A stretch of DNA of 64,000 bases, taken from assembly GCA_963793245.1 (NCBI GenBank), contig CAWBZG010000005.1, positions 569,050 through 633,049 on the forward strand, read 5' to 3'. Under the pieces are notes generated by a model. It did no database searches and was not told where the DNA came from. It worked only from the letters and a program-made list of their open reading frames with translations. The position numbers and the translations under genes were made by a program. This DNA comes from Rhodothermales bacterium (GTDB taxonomy: Bacteria > Bacteroidota > Rhodothermia > Rhodothermales > BA12). This document shows, piece after piece, positions 29,798 through 39,280 of this stretch. Numbering within the stretch: position 1 is the first letter of the stretch; each line of letters begins with the position of its first letter.

Positions 29798-30511
29798 ATG
29801 CCCGACGCCAACCTGACGTTCTCCACGACTACGGACCCCGACGCGTTCGCGTCGCCACACGTGGAAGCCTTGTTCGTCAGCTACGGCACGTGCGCGATGA
29901 CGCGGGCTGCCGTCCGCCTGCTGCGGCAGTTCGAGCCGACTGTTCCGATCACTGTCATCGACAACGCCTCACTCGACGACACCGTCACCCGGCTGCGCGC
30001 GGACGCTGGCGATCTCGCTCCCTTCCGCCTGTCCGATGGCGTCAACTGGCACCACGGTCCCGCGATGGATGCGGCGATGCGTGCCACGTTTGCACGCCGA
30101 TTGCTGATCCTCGACACCGACACGTTCGTCTGGCGCGCGGGCTTGATCCAGGCGATGCAGGACCGCGCCGAAGAGACGGGAGCGTGGGCCGTCGGCCACC
30201 TGCTACACGTCGACTCGGACGGCTTCAACGCCGATGACCATACCGAAACGCCATACGTCCATCCCCACTGCGCTCTCGTCGACGTAGCGACGTACCGGAC
30301 GCTGGCACCCTTCGAGAAACACGGCGCGCCGTTCGTCCGCACGATGGAATCGGCTCACGCGCGCGGGCTGATCGTGTCGGATTTCCCCGTCGCCGAGTAC
30401 GCCTATCACGCCGGACGAGGGACGGTCAACCGGCACGGCTATGGACTCGGCGGGCGGAGCCGATGGAAGCAAGCCGTCCGCGCGATTCGCCGACGGCTGC
30501 TGCGACGGTAA
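29798..30511 (+). CDS. Putative family-2-like glycosyltransferase
   Basis: N-terminal Rossmann-like ITVIDNAS and an LILDTDT DxD motif. Confidence 0.35.
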   Translation: MPDANLTFSTTTDPDAFASPHVEALFVSYGTCAMTRAAVRLLRQFEPTVPITVIDNASLDDTVTRLRADAGDLAPFRLSDGVNWHHGPAMDAAMRATFARRLLILDTDTFVWRAGLIQAMQDRAEETGAWAVGHLLHVDSDGFNADDHTETPYVHPHCALVDVATYRTLAPFEKHGAPFVRTMESAHARGLIVSDFPVAEYAYHAGRGTVNRHGYGLGGRSRWKQAVRAIRRRLLRR

Positions 30512-30517
30512 TCGCTG

Positions 30518-30877
30518 TCAGTTGCTGTTGTAGACCGTCCAGACTTTGGCGTCGCCCGACGCGATGCGGATACCTCGGCGCTCGACCTGCTTGCCGTCGC
30601 GCATCTTGGCGCGGAAGTCCCAGCAGCCCGCACCGATGGTGAACCGCTTGCGACCGCCCGAACTGATCACTTCGGATCCGCCCAACTGGTCTGCGCCCCA
30701 ACTGTCGCTGCTACACGACGACGCGTAGAAATAGAAGATCGACTGCCCGGTTTCGTTCGCCACCTCAATGATGCCTCCGCCGCTGCTGTTCGAGTTGGAC
30801 GCGTAGCGCGCGGGCGAACTGCCCATGCAACCGGCGAAGAAGAGGACAGCGAACAGGAGCGAGGCGAGGCGGCGCAT
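30518..30877 (-). CDS. Lipoprotein, hypothetical
   Basis: Signal peptide plus lipobox FFAGC. Confidence 0.5.
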   Translation of the reverse strand: MRRLASLLFAVLFFAGCMGSSPARYASNSNSSGGGIIEVANETGQSIFYFYASSCSSDSWGADQLGGSEVISSGGRKRFTIGAGCWDFRAKMRDGKQVERRGIRIASGDAKVWTVYNSN

Positions 30878-30968
30878 GGCGAGTAGGGGTTGAATGCACC
30901 TATAAAAAGCACATTCTCTCCTCGCGCCGCCATCCCCAGATCAGGGGATATAGAGCGCTGGGCGGCAC

Positions 30969-31361
30969 TCACCCGATCGCGAAGTAGGCCAAGGCAGCAA
31001 CCACAAAGCAGAACCCCCACTGCCCCAGAACGAGATAGCGTCGGCGTACACCTCTCCCCGACACAACCAGAGTGGCGAACCAAGCCGCTCCGCCCAGAGC
31101 GAAATACCCGCTCAGCATCAGAAGAACCGTCGACTCGTTCGGGATCGCATCGGTGAACCCGGCGACTAGCAAGACGATGGCGGCAGCGAACAGGCTCACC
31201 GACACCCAGTGCCAACCAGCCAACGCCTGCACCCAGGCCGTACGCGCCGCACCTGCGTCGCTCTCAGGAGCAAAGAGTCGGTACTCGCGCGCTCCGACGA
31301 ACGTGTGCGCAGCAAACGCCACGAGCGTCAACACTCCGGCGATGAGAGCGAGCAGATTCAT
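30969..31361 (-). CDS. Membrane protein, hypothetical
   Basis: 4 TM helices and a 4-nt overlap with the flotillin gene. Confidence 0.5.
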   Translation of the reverse strand: MNLLALIAGVLTLVAFAAHTFVGAREYRLFAPESDAGAARTAWVQALAGWHWVSVSLFAAAIVLLVAGFTDAIPNESTVLLMLSGYFALGGAAWFATLVVSGRGVRRRYLVLGQWGFCFVVAALAYFAIG

Positions 31362-32644
31362 GCGCTCGGCACTTCGCCGTTGTCCTTGGCGCTGTTGTTC
31401 TTGTCGCCGCTACCGATCTGTCGAGGTGCCGATGCCTGAGCCAGCATTCCAGCGATGTCGACGCCGGTCGACGCGCGCAGGCTTTCGAGCAAGGCAGGCG
31501 TGGCTCCGGCGATCTGGCTCATTACAGCAGGCACGCCCTGCCCGTTGCCGCCGCTGTCGACGACCGTCAGCTTGTCGATCTTGAGGTTATCCACCGTCTT
31601 GATAACTTCCTTGAGGATCTCGGGCAGCATCTGGATCAGGAAGAGGCGCTCGGCATCGTCCCCAGCGGCTTTCCACAGTTCCATTTTCTGCTGGAGAATG
31701 GCGATCTCGGCGTTTCCGCTCTCGGTGATCTTGGCCGCATCGCCCTTGGCGATTTCCATCAGCGCCTGTCGTTGAGCTTCAGCCTTGATGATCGTTCCAG
31801 CACGCTCACGCTTCTCCATGAGCAGGATCTCCTGCTCGGCCAGTTCCTGCTCGGCCTGGGCTTCGGCGACGCGCGACGCCATGCCCGCTCTGGCTTCCTC
31901 GGCCTGACTCTTCGCGTCGAGCTTGGCCCGCACGATGCGCACTTCGTTTTCGGCCTCGGCGACGGCCAGATCCGCGCGCGCCTGGGCGACTTTGGCCTGC
32001 TCCATCTTCTGCGCTTCGATCACCTCGGCTGCCGAAATGATGTGCGCCGTCTGCTGCCGACCGATGGCGTTGAGATAGCCCGTATCGTCGTCGATCGACT
32101 GGATCTTGAGCGTGTCCAGGTGCAAGCCCAGAGCCGACAAGTCCTGATCGGCTTCGTCGAGCAGTTCCTTGGCAAACTTCAGCCGGTCCTCGTTGACCTC
32201 TTCGGGCGTCAGCAGCGCCAGCACGCCGCGCAAGTTGCCTTCGAGCGTCTCCTTGGCGATCATCTGCACCTCGTCCAGGTCCTTACCCAACAGACGCTCG
32301 ACGGCGTTGCTCAACTCCGGCTCCTGCGACGCGATCTTGACGTTGGCGATGGCGCGTACCTGAAGCGGGATGCCACCTTTTGAGAACGCGTTGGTCACCA
32401 TCAGATCGAGCGGAAGCGTCCGCAGATCGAGCCGGTCGACCTCTTCGATGACGGGAATCCGAAAGCCGCGCCCGCCCCGAATCACGCGATAGCCGACGCT
32501 CGTGCCATCGGCCATGGCACGCTGTCGACCCGAAAAGATCAACACTTCGTTGGGCTGACAAATCTTGAGGTTCGCCTTGATAAACTGCAAGACGACGAGC
32601 ATGGCGACGATGATGACGCCTGCAATAACGAGGGCTTCGGTCAT
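31358..32644 (-). CDS. Flotillin-like SPFH/band-7 protein (FloT/YqiK-like)
   Basis: N-terminal TM, SPFH domain, and a long EA-rich coiled coil. Confidence 0.85.
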   Translation of the reverse strand: MTEALVIAGVIIVAMLVVLQFIKANLKICQPNEVLIFSGRQRAMADGTSVGYRVIRGGRGFRIPVIEEVDRLDLRTLPLDLMVTNAFSKGGIPLQVRAIANVKIASQEPELSNAVERLLGKDLDEVQMIAKETLEGNLRGVLALLTPEEVNEDRLKFAKELLDEADQDLSALGLHLDTLKIQSIDDDTGYLNAIGRQQTAHIISAAEVIEAQKMEQAKVAQARADLAVAEAENEVRIVRAKLDAKSQAEEARAGMASRVAEAQAEQELAEQEILLMEKRERAGTIIKAEAQRQALMEIAKGDAAKITESGNAEIAILQQKMELWKAAGDDAERLFLIQMLPEILKEVIKTVDNLKIDKLTVVDSGGNGQGVPAVMSQIAGATPALLESLRASTGVDIAGMLAQASAPRQIGSGDKNNSAKDNGEVPSA

Positions 32645-32739
32645 GACAGTGGGGATGAAACGAGAAGGAGATCACGCCTACGAAGCGTGGGTAGCAAAGG
32701 TACGCGGCAACCAGCGTGTGAAGACGATTTCAAGGACGG

Positions 32740-33675
32740 TCAGCCCGCGCCCAACGTCCAGAACGTGATCCAAAACAGCACGTAGCGATAGAACAGCGTG
32801 ACGACGATGAGCAGTCCGGCGATTCCGACAAAGGGAAGAGGAGAGATCGCCAGCGCGACAGAGCGCCACGCCGACGCTCCGCGTGTCAGCCCATAGGCTC
32901 GGCGCAGCGCCAGGTACAGGTAGATCATGACGAACCAGAAGGTGTGCGTCTCGCTGATGTACGACGCCAGACCTCGTGGCAAACTGGTATACAGGAGGCT
33001 CCCGAAAACTGCGGTATAAAACAGCAGCCAGGCCGACATGATGACCAAGAGTTGCCACGCCATCAGGTGCGTCGCGAACACCAGATGGTCGGCCAGCAGG
33101 CGACGCGGCAAGAGCGCTTTGAGCAGCAGCGCTGCGAGCGGAATAAGCAGGATCACGAGCGTTCGCGCTAGGGCGCTGCTCCGCGCGTTGAACCGCTGCT
33201 CGTACCGGCGAAACGACTCGGTCTGAACGACAACTTCAGTAGGAGTCGCTTCATCCAGTCCGATCCGACCGGCGACGTGACCGGTAATGCCAGCGCCTCG
33301 GCTGTATCCCTGCCGCTCCATCTGCGAACGCAGCGACGTGTTGTAGCCCGAGAACCCGGTGTACGGCTGGGCGACAAAGTAGACGAGGTTACACAGCAGG
33401 AACAGGCGCAGCGGCGTCAGATACGGACGGCGTCGTCCGGCGATGTGCTCGGCCGTCAGCGCGCCGGGGCGGAAGACGAGCAGCCGAAACGTCCGCCAGA
33501 ACGTGCCGTCGAGACTGAACGCAGATCCGAGTACGTCGCCGACGAAGTGGCGGACGGTGCGGTCGTCCTCGCCGAGTCGTTTTTCGCCGCACGCGTGGCA
33601 GTAGGGACCCTGCAACCGCTCGCCGCACGTCACACAGACGTTGGGGAGAGAGCGGTCGGCGGAGGAATCGCTCAC
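32740..33675 (-). CDS. DUF3667-like membrane protein with an N-terminal zinc ribbon
   Basis: CVTCGERLQGPYCHACGEKR followed by ~5 TM helices. A GTG start was inferred. Confidence 0.55.
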   Translation of the reverse strand: MSDSSADRSLPNVCVTCGERLQGPYCHACGEKRLGEDDRTVRHFVGDVLGSAFSLDGTFWRTFRLLVFRPGALTAEHIAGRRRPYLTPLRLFLLCNLVYFVAQPYTGFSGYNTSLRSQMERQGYSRGAGITGHVAGRIGLDEATPTEVVVQTESFRRYEQRFNARSSALARTLVILLIPLAALLLKALLPRRLLADHLVFATHLMAWQLLVIMSAWLLFYTAVFGSLLYTSLPRGLASYISETHTFWFVMIYLYLALRRAYGLTRGASAWRSVALAISPLPFVGIAGLLIVVTLFYRYVLFWITFWTLGAG

Positions 33676-33676
33676 G

Positions 33677-34313
33677 TCAGCTGGTAATACGTCGCGGCGG
33701 AGTGGGGACAGATTCGTCCATAGGCGGCAACTCTCCGCCCGGACGCACGACGCGGGCGATGCCCTCCTCGACCTGAACCACGACAACTTCGTCGCCCGGA
33801 TCGAACGTGTCGGGGCCGCCCAGCGATGCCGCCCGGACACGGTGCCTCCCCGTTCCAGTCGTGACGACGACAGCGCCCCGATCGTCGGCTCCAAACGGAA
33901 CGACGACGCGCGCCGTCCGCCCGATCAGCAGCGCGTCGACGCCAGTATCCGCCGACACGTGCGCCTGACCGACCGTTTTGATCGCGTACGTCCCACCAGC
34001 CGAGACGACGAGTCCGGTTGCCGCAGCCAGAATCGCAGCCAGTGGTTCGGCGGTGCCCAAGTAGTGGAGCAGCACGCCCGTCAGCCCGAACGCCGCCGCC
34101 AGCAGCAGCACGGCACGTAGCGAGATCAGATCGCCCGGGGAGAAGCCGCCGCCCGACGCCACATCGCCCGCATCCGAGTCGATTTCCAGATCCAGATCGG
34201 CATCCGCGTCGAAATCGAGGTCTGCGTCTCCTGCATCCGCATCACCGCCAAAGAGTGAGAGACCGACGAAAGAAGCCGCCGACGAGCAGGGCGATCCAGT
34301 AGAGCGTGAGCAT
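33677..34313 (-). CDS. NfeD/YqiJ-like flotillin-associated membrane protein (C-terminal OB-fold) with an apparent +1 frameshift near 34268
   Basis: N-terminal TM MLTLYWIALLVGGFF in one frame, and a D-A/D-L acidic repeat plus TMs plus OB-fold (GRTARVVVPF...VVVVQVEEGIARVVRP) in the next frame. Confidence 0.55.
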
Positions 34314-34373
34314 GGCGAGTGGCGGTCGAGAAACGGCAAGGTAGGGGCGGATCCGCGATCCGTCCGGACAAGG

Positions 34374-35018
34374 TCAGTCGTTCAGTCCGTCGCCGATCAG
34401 AGGGACAAAGCGGAAGGCGCCCGCTTCGGTTTCGTCGAACGTCGTCGCGCCCGTTCGGACGATGCGGAGCATGGTCTGGTCGCCGCCAGTCTCGCCGACA
34501 GGGATGATGAGGCGTCCGCCTACTTTCAGTTGCTCCATCAGCGCGCGCGGAACCGACGTCCCTCCCGCTGTCACCAGGACGGCGTCGAACGGTGCGGCTT
34601 CGGGCCAGCCCAGCGTGCCGTCGCCCCAGCGCAGGTGCATCGTGTAGCCCAGGCGTTCGAGCAAATCGGCGGTGCGTGTGTGGAGCGGCTCGTGGCGTTC
34701 GATGGAGTACACGTCGGCGCCCAGTTCGGCGAGGACGGCGGCTTGAAACCCGCTTCCCGTACCGATTTCCAAGATGCGCTCGCCTGGCTTGGGGTCGACC
34801 AACATCGTCTGCGCGGCGACGGTCGACGGCTGCGAGATGGTCTGTTTGTGGCCGATGGGCAGCGCCTCGTCGCGGTAGGCGCGGACGTGCAGCGCCTGGT
34901 CGACGAACTCGTGGCGCGGCACTTTGGCGACGGCGTCCAAGACGCGCTCGTCGTCTAGACCGCGTGCGCGGAGCAGGTCGATGAGCGCCAGTCGGCGGCG
35001 GGCGTAGCGGTCGGCCAT
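34374..35018 (-). CDS. pcm: Protein-L-isoaspartate O-methyltransferase
   Basis: SAM-binding motif LEIGTGSGFQAAVLA and 214 aa. Confidence 0.9.
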   Translation of the reverse strand: MADRYARRRLALIDLLRARGLDDERVLDAVAKVPRHEFVDQALHVRAYRDEALPIGHKQTISQPSTVAAQTMLVDPKPGERILEIGTGSGFQAAVLAELGADVYSIERHEPLHTRTADLLERLGYTMHLRWGDGTLGWPEAAPFDAVLVTAGGTSVPRALMEQLKVGGRLIIPVGETGGDQTMLRIVRTGATTFDETEAGAFRFVPLIGDGLND

Positions 35019-35025
35019 AACGGGG

Positions 35026-35827
35026 TCAGAGTTCGACGGGAGCGGCTTCCTCGCGCGTGGCGCCCAGCGCTTCGGACAGGTAGGCGCGCAACTGCTCCTC
35101 GGTCACGTCGCGCGTGAGTTGGCCGTTCCAGCCAATCGACACCTGGCCGGTCTCCTCGGACACGACGACGACGAACGCGTCGGTCTGCTCGGCCAGCCCG
35201 AGTGCGCTGCGGTGGCGCAGACCCAGGTTGGGGTCGATGTTGACGCGCTGCGTCACGGGCAGGATGCACCGCGCCGCCTCGATCAGTTCGTTGCGGACGA
35301 TCACGGCGCCGTCGTGGAGCGGGTTCTGTCCGTAGAAAATGGTCAGCAGCAGGTCGTGCTGGAGTTGGGCGCGCAGGATCGTGCCGGTTTCGGCGTAGGA
35401 GCGCAGTCCCGGTCGAGCGCTCGAACGCGATCAGCGCGCCGATGTGACGGCGGCTCATCTCGACGACGGCGGTCACGACCTCGGTCGTCACGTCCGTGCT
35501 CTGCCTGCGGGCGCGCGTCAGGATCCGCTGGACGACGGAGTTTTGACCGAGCAGCAGCAGCAGCCGCCTCAACTCGGGCTGAAACAGGACGATGAGCGCG
35601 AGCACGAAGACCTCGCTCAGCGAGCCGAAGAGCGCGCGCAGGATCGTCAGATCGAGCGCCTGGACCACCAGTTGCAGCACCAGCAAACCGCCCAGTCCAA
35701 TCGCGATCTGAACGGCAATCGTCCCCCGCACCCAGCCATACAGCTTGTAGAACAAGAACGCCACCAGAGCGATCTCGAACACGTCTTTCAGCTCGACGAG
35801 CGAGAGCAGCCATTCGAGAAGCGTCAC
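35026..35827 (-). pseudogene. cdaA: Diadenylate cyclase CdaA (DisA_N/DAC), disrupted by a single-nt insertion near 35407. This may be a sequencing error.
   Basis: 3 TM helices plus DAC motifs split across two frames (…HIGALIAFERSTG | LRSYAETGTIL…LHDGAVIVRN…RHRSALGLAEQTDAFVVVVSEETG). Confidence 0.75.
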
Positions 35828-35866
35828 GGGCGGGCGGAGAGTGAAAGGCGCAAGATACCGACGCGG

Positions 35867-36776
35867 TTAGCCCGCGCGCTCCCCTTCGACGGCGGCGAAG
35901 GTGCGCAACGCCTCAACCGTCGCCCGCACGTCGTGAACGCGCACGACTGGGCGCCCCACCGAACCGCTGCGACGGCCACGCCGACTGACCCGAACAACCG
36001 CTCAGAAGCAGGCGGCGGATCGCCCCGACGCAGCACCTGACCAATCGAACTCTTCCGCGACGCACCGATCAAAACCGGGCACCCCGTCACCTGTGCGATG
36101 CGGTCGGTATGCGCGACGAGCCGCAGGTTTTCCGCTGTCGTCTTGCCAAAGCCGAAGCCCGGATCGACCAAGATGCTGCCAACGCCCGCCGCCTTTGCTG
36201 TCTGCACCGATTTGACCAGCGACTCAGCTACCTCGCCGACGACATCGGCGTAGGAATGCTCGTGCGGCATATCGCCCGGTCTGCCCAGCGCGTGCATCAC
36301 GCAGACGGCGGCCCCGACGCGCGCCGCGTGAGTAGCGGATTCGGAGGAAAAGCGCAGCCCCGTCACGTCGTTGACCAGGTGGACACCCCGGTCCAACGCT
36401 TCCTTCGCCACGCGTGGCTTGTACGTGTCGACCGAAAGCAGCGCATCGGGAAAGCGCACGCGGATCGACTTCGATGACCGGAAGAACACGCGCCAACTCC
36501 TCGTCCTCGGCGACCTGATCGGCTCCGGCTCCGTACGTCTTCCCACGCGGACGCGTACTCTCTCCGCCGATGTCCAGAATCGCCGCGCCTTCGGAGAGCA
36601 TTGCAGTCGGCCTGACGCAACGCTGCATCGACGGTGTCGTAGCGCCCGCCATCGGCGAACGAGTCCGGCGTTACGTTCAGAATGCCCATCACGTGTGCCC
36701 CCACATCACGCAGCGCAGCGGCTCGACAATCGAGCACGCGGTCACGCAGCCGAAGGACGAGAGGATCAGCAACCAT
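35867..36776 (-). pseudogene. folP: Dihydropteroate synthase, interrupted by three single-nt indels near 36605, 36505 and 35946. These may be sequencing errors.
   Basis: DHPS motifs VMGILNVTPDSFADGG / AAILDIGGESTRP / SVDTYKP / DPGFGFGKT / GASRKS / VVRVHDV are distributed over different frames. Confidence 0.75.
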
Positions 36777-36821
36777 AGTTCACAGCATGTAGCGTCGTAG
36801 CACGCTACGACGAAGGCCAGT

Positions 36822-37091
36822 TCAGTCCACCAAATCCAACGCCTCCAACACCCCGACGACCGTAGCGTCTGTCGGCACCATGCGCGGGCGAAACGGAACA
36901 GCGGCTTCGGCAGACGTGGCGACGAGGACGTAGTCGCCCGGACCGGCGTCGCACGTATCGAGAGCGGCGAAGGCCTGGCCCGACGGATGCTTGTGCTCGT
37001 CGAGTTTGCGCACGAGAAGCAGGCGCTGCCCGTCCAGATCGGGATGCTTGCGCGTCGCCCAGACGCTTCCGATGACCAGCCCGGCGATCAC
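36822..37091 (-). CDS. EutN/CcmL/PduN-family (BMC vertex-like) protein
   Basis: MIAGLVIGSVWATRKHPDLDGQRLLLV...GPGDYVLV...ATVVGVL pattern of PF03319. Confidence 0.6.
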   Translation of the reverse strand: MIAGLVIGSVWATRKHPDLDGQRLLLVRKLDEHKHPSGQAFAALDTCDAGPGDYVLVATSAEAAVPFRPRMVPTDATVVGVLEALDLVD

Positions 37092-37366
37092 GCGTGGCCC
37101 TCCGCTACTTCGAGATTGTCGACGATGGCGACGACGACCGCGTCGACCGCTTTGTCCTTGGTCTCGGGCGTCAGCCGCGCACTCGACCCCTGAACGACCA
37201 AGACGGTCTCCCCAACTCCCGCACCGACCGCGTCAACGGCGACGACCGAACTGCCTGTCCCGTTGCCCTCCAAGTCGATCTCCTCGGCGAGCAGCAACGT
37301 GCGTCCGACCAATCCGTCGTCTTTTCGGGTGGCCCAAACGGTGCCGATGATGCGAGCGAGCGTCAT
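37088..37366 (-). CDS. EutN/CcmL/PduN-family (BMC vertex-like) protein, tandem paralog
   Basis: MTLARIIGTVWATRKDDGLVGRTLLLA...GAGVGETVLVVQGSSAR...VDAVVVAIVD. It has a 4-nt overlap with its paralog. Confidence 0.6.
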   Translation of the reverse strand: MTLARIIGTVWATRKDDGLVGRTLLLAEEIDLEGNGTGSSVVAVDAVGAGVGETVLVVQGSSARLTPETKDKAVDAVVVAIVDNLEVAEGHA

Positions 37367-37724
37367 GTCGTACGGGGAAGATTTGCGATGCGGTTACGTG
37401 AGAGTCGGCGCCCGGCGTGGTCGGCCACGTTGCACGGATTCACCTACCAACCTACGTCATGGCGACCTCGTTTCAGCCCGAAGATCCACACTCCGAATCC
37501 AAACACGGCCGCAGCTTCGGCTCTCTGATCTGGCTAGCCGTGCTGGGCATCCTAGCCATCCTGCTGGTCGTGTTTTTCGTGATCTAGCGGCACGCGGCGG
37601 AGTCGGGGTTGTAGGACGAAGTGCAAACCGCTGGTGCAATCGACAACTCTCCGGCGCTGCGGACCCGGACCCCGTGCGCAGGCGTAAACTGGAAGCGCTT
37701 TGCCTCTCCTTTTTGGGAAGCGCA

Positions 37725-38588
37725 ATGACCGATTCTACTCTGATCCGATCTTCCGATATGCTCTCCGCACCCGACACGCCGACAGCCGCCGACACCCTCC
37801 TTACCGCATACGAAAAAGCAGGCGCCGAAGACCTCGACCCCCGCTGCGTGCCTCAGATGCTCGAAGGCGATGCGCCCGTCGGCGACGAGATCTTGTATCC
37901 CGGCTACTCGGACATCGACCAGAAGACGTGGCGCATCCTCTACAAACGGCAGATGGAATACCTGCCCGGACGCGCCTGCACCGCATACCTACGCGGCGCC
38001 CAGTCCATCACGATGGGCGGAGAGCGCATTCCCGCGCTGAGCAAGTTGTCGGCACGGCTGAATGAAGCGACCGGATGGACAGTCGCCCGAGTGCCCGGTC
38101 TACTCCACGAGCGCGACTTCTTTACCCTGCTGAGCGAGCGCGTCTTCCCATCGACCGACTACATCCGAGGGCGCGAGGAGTTGGACTACACGCCTGCGCC
38201 CGACCTCTTCCACGACATCTTCGGCCACATGCCGATGCTGACCGAGCCGGACTTCGCCGACTTCTACCAACTCTTCGGCCGCGCCGCACTCAAAGCGACG
38301 GGACAGCAGCGGATCGAGATGGAGCGGATGCACTGGTTCTCGGTCGAGTTCGGACTGATCGAACAAGCCGAGGGTCTGCGCATCTTCGGAGCGGGCATCC
38401 TGTCGAGTAAAGGCGAAGTCGAGAACGCACTCTCGGACAAGGTCGAGAAGCTGCCGTTCAGCCCCGCCGCCGTCGCCGCGCAGGACTACGACGTGTGGCA
38501 CCTGCAACCGCGCCTGTTCGTCCTCGAATCGTTCGAGCAGTTGGTGTCGGAGTTCACCGATTGGGCCAAAGGCCAGGACTTGTTGTGA
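37725..38588 (+). CDS. phhA: Phenylalanine-4-hydroxylase (aromatic amino acid hydroxylase)
   Basis: Iron-binding motif PDLFHDIFGHMPMLTEPDFADF. Confidence 0.85.
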   Translation: MTDSTLIRSSDMLSAPDTPTAADTLLTAYEKAGAEDLDPRCVPQMLEGDAPVGDEILYPGYSDIDQKTWRILYKRQMEYLPGRACTAYLRGAQSITMGGERIPALSKLSARLNEATGWTVARVPGLLHERDFFTLLSERVFPSTDYIRGREELDYTPAPDLFHDIFGHMPMLTEPDFADFYQLFGRAALKATGQQRIEMERMHWFSVEFGLIEQAEGLRIFGAGILSSKGEVENALSDKVEKLPFSPAAVAAQDYDVWHLQPRLFVLESFEQLVSEFTDWAKGQDLL

Positions 38589-38866
38589 GCGAGAACAAGC
38601 GGGTCGAAGCCGTCGTCACGGGCAAGGTGCAGAACGTCGGCTACCGCGCTTACGCCCGAGAGGAAGCGGCGACGCTGAAGCTGATCGGCTGGGTGCGCAA
38701 CGAACCCGACGGGACGGTCCGGCTCGTCGCCGAAGGACCGCACGACGCACTCGAACGCCTGCTCGACAGCCTACACGTCGGCCCGCGATTGGCTAAAGTC
38801 GACCGCATCGACGAAACCTGGACCGCACCCGAAGAGCGTCACAGCGGCTTCGAGATTCGCAGGTAG
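38585..38866 (+). CDS. acyP: Acylphosphatase
   Basis: VTGKVQNVGYRAY...GWVRN..DGTV signature. The GTG start overlaps the phhA stop. Confidence 0.7.
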   Translation: MSENKRVEAVVTGKVQNVGYRAYAREEAATLKLIGWVRNEPDGTVRLVAEGPHDALERLLDSLHVGPRLAKVDRIDETWTAPEERHSGFEIRR

Positions 38867-38881
38867 CCCCCTCGCGCCTGT

Positions 38882-39280
38882 TTAGCCTCCGCTCTGTAGA
38901 ATCGCCCGCAGAAAGGGGTTGTTCAGGATCGATACGACGACGAAGCCAACAAACAAGAGGTGAACGACGAGCAGCGCCGTGGTGACAAAGCAGGCGATTT
39001 TGAGCATCTTCGCTCCATCGGCAAGGTGACGGAGCGCGTCGTCGAGCGTCACCTCATCGGTCGCGAGGGCATAGCGGACAAACTCATCTCCCGAGTCGCG
39101 AGTGCGCAAACCGAAGAGGATGTAGGGAACGCCGACGACGGCACCGATGATCGACAGACACTGAATGGCCCCATACACGACGTGAAACGTGCCGATAAAG
39201 CGCAAATCACGCCCCATTTTGGAAATCGTTTCGATGGGGAGTTCAGTGGAGAGCATACCTGAGGAGAGCGTGGGTGGCAC
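38882..39280 (-). CDS. Small membrane protein, hypothetical (tandem paralog A)
   Basis: Shares the pattern GRDLRFIGTF.VV.GA.QCLSIIGA.VG.PY.IFGLR.RDSG with the downstream paralog. Confidence 0.55.
   Translation of the reverse strand: MPPTLSSGMLSTELPIETISKMGRDLRFIGTFHVVYGAIQCLSIIGAVVGVPYILFGLRTRDSGDEFVRYALATDEVTLDDALRHLADGAKMLKIACFVTTALLVVHLLFVGFVVVSILNNPFLRAILQSGG

Noticed and set aside
36822-37366. A complete bacterial microcompartment locus
   Set aside because: Only the two vertex-like genes are present. No BMC-H or BMC-T shell genes or signature enzymes occur in the window.
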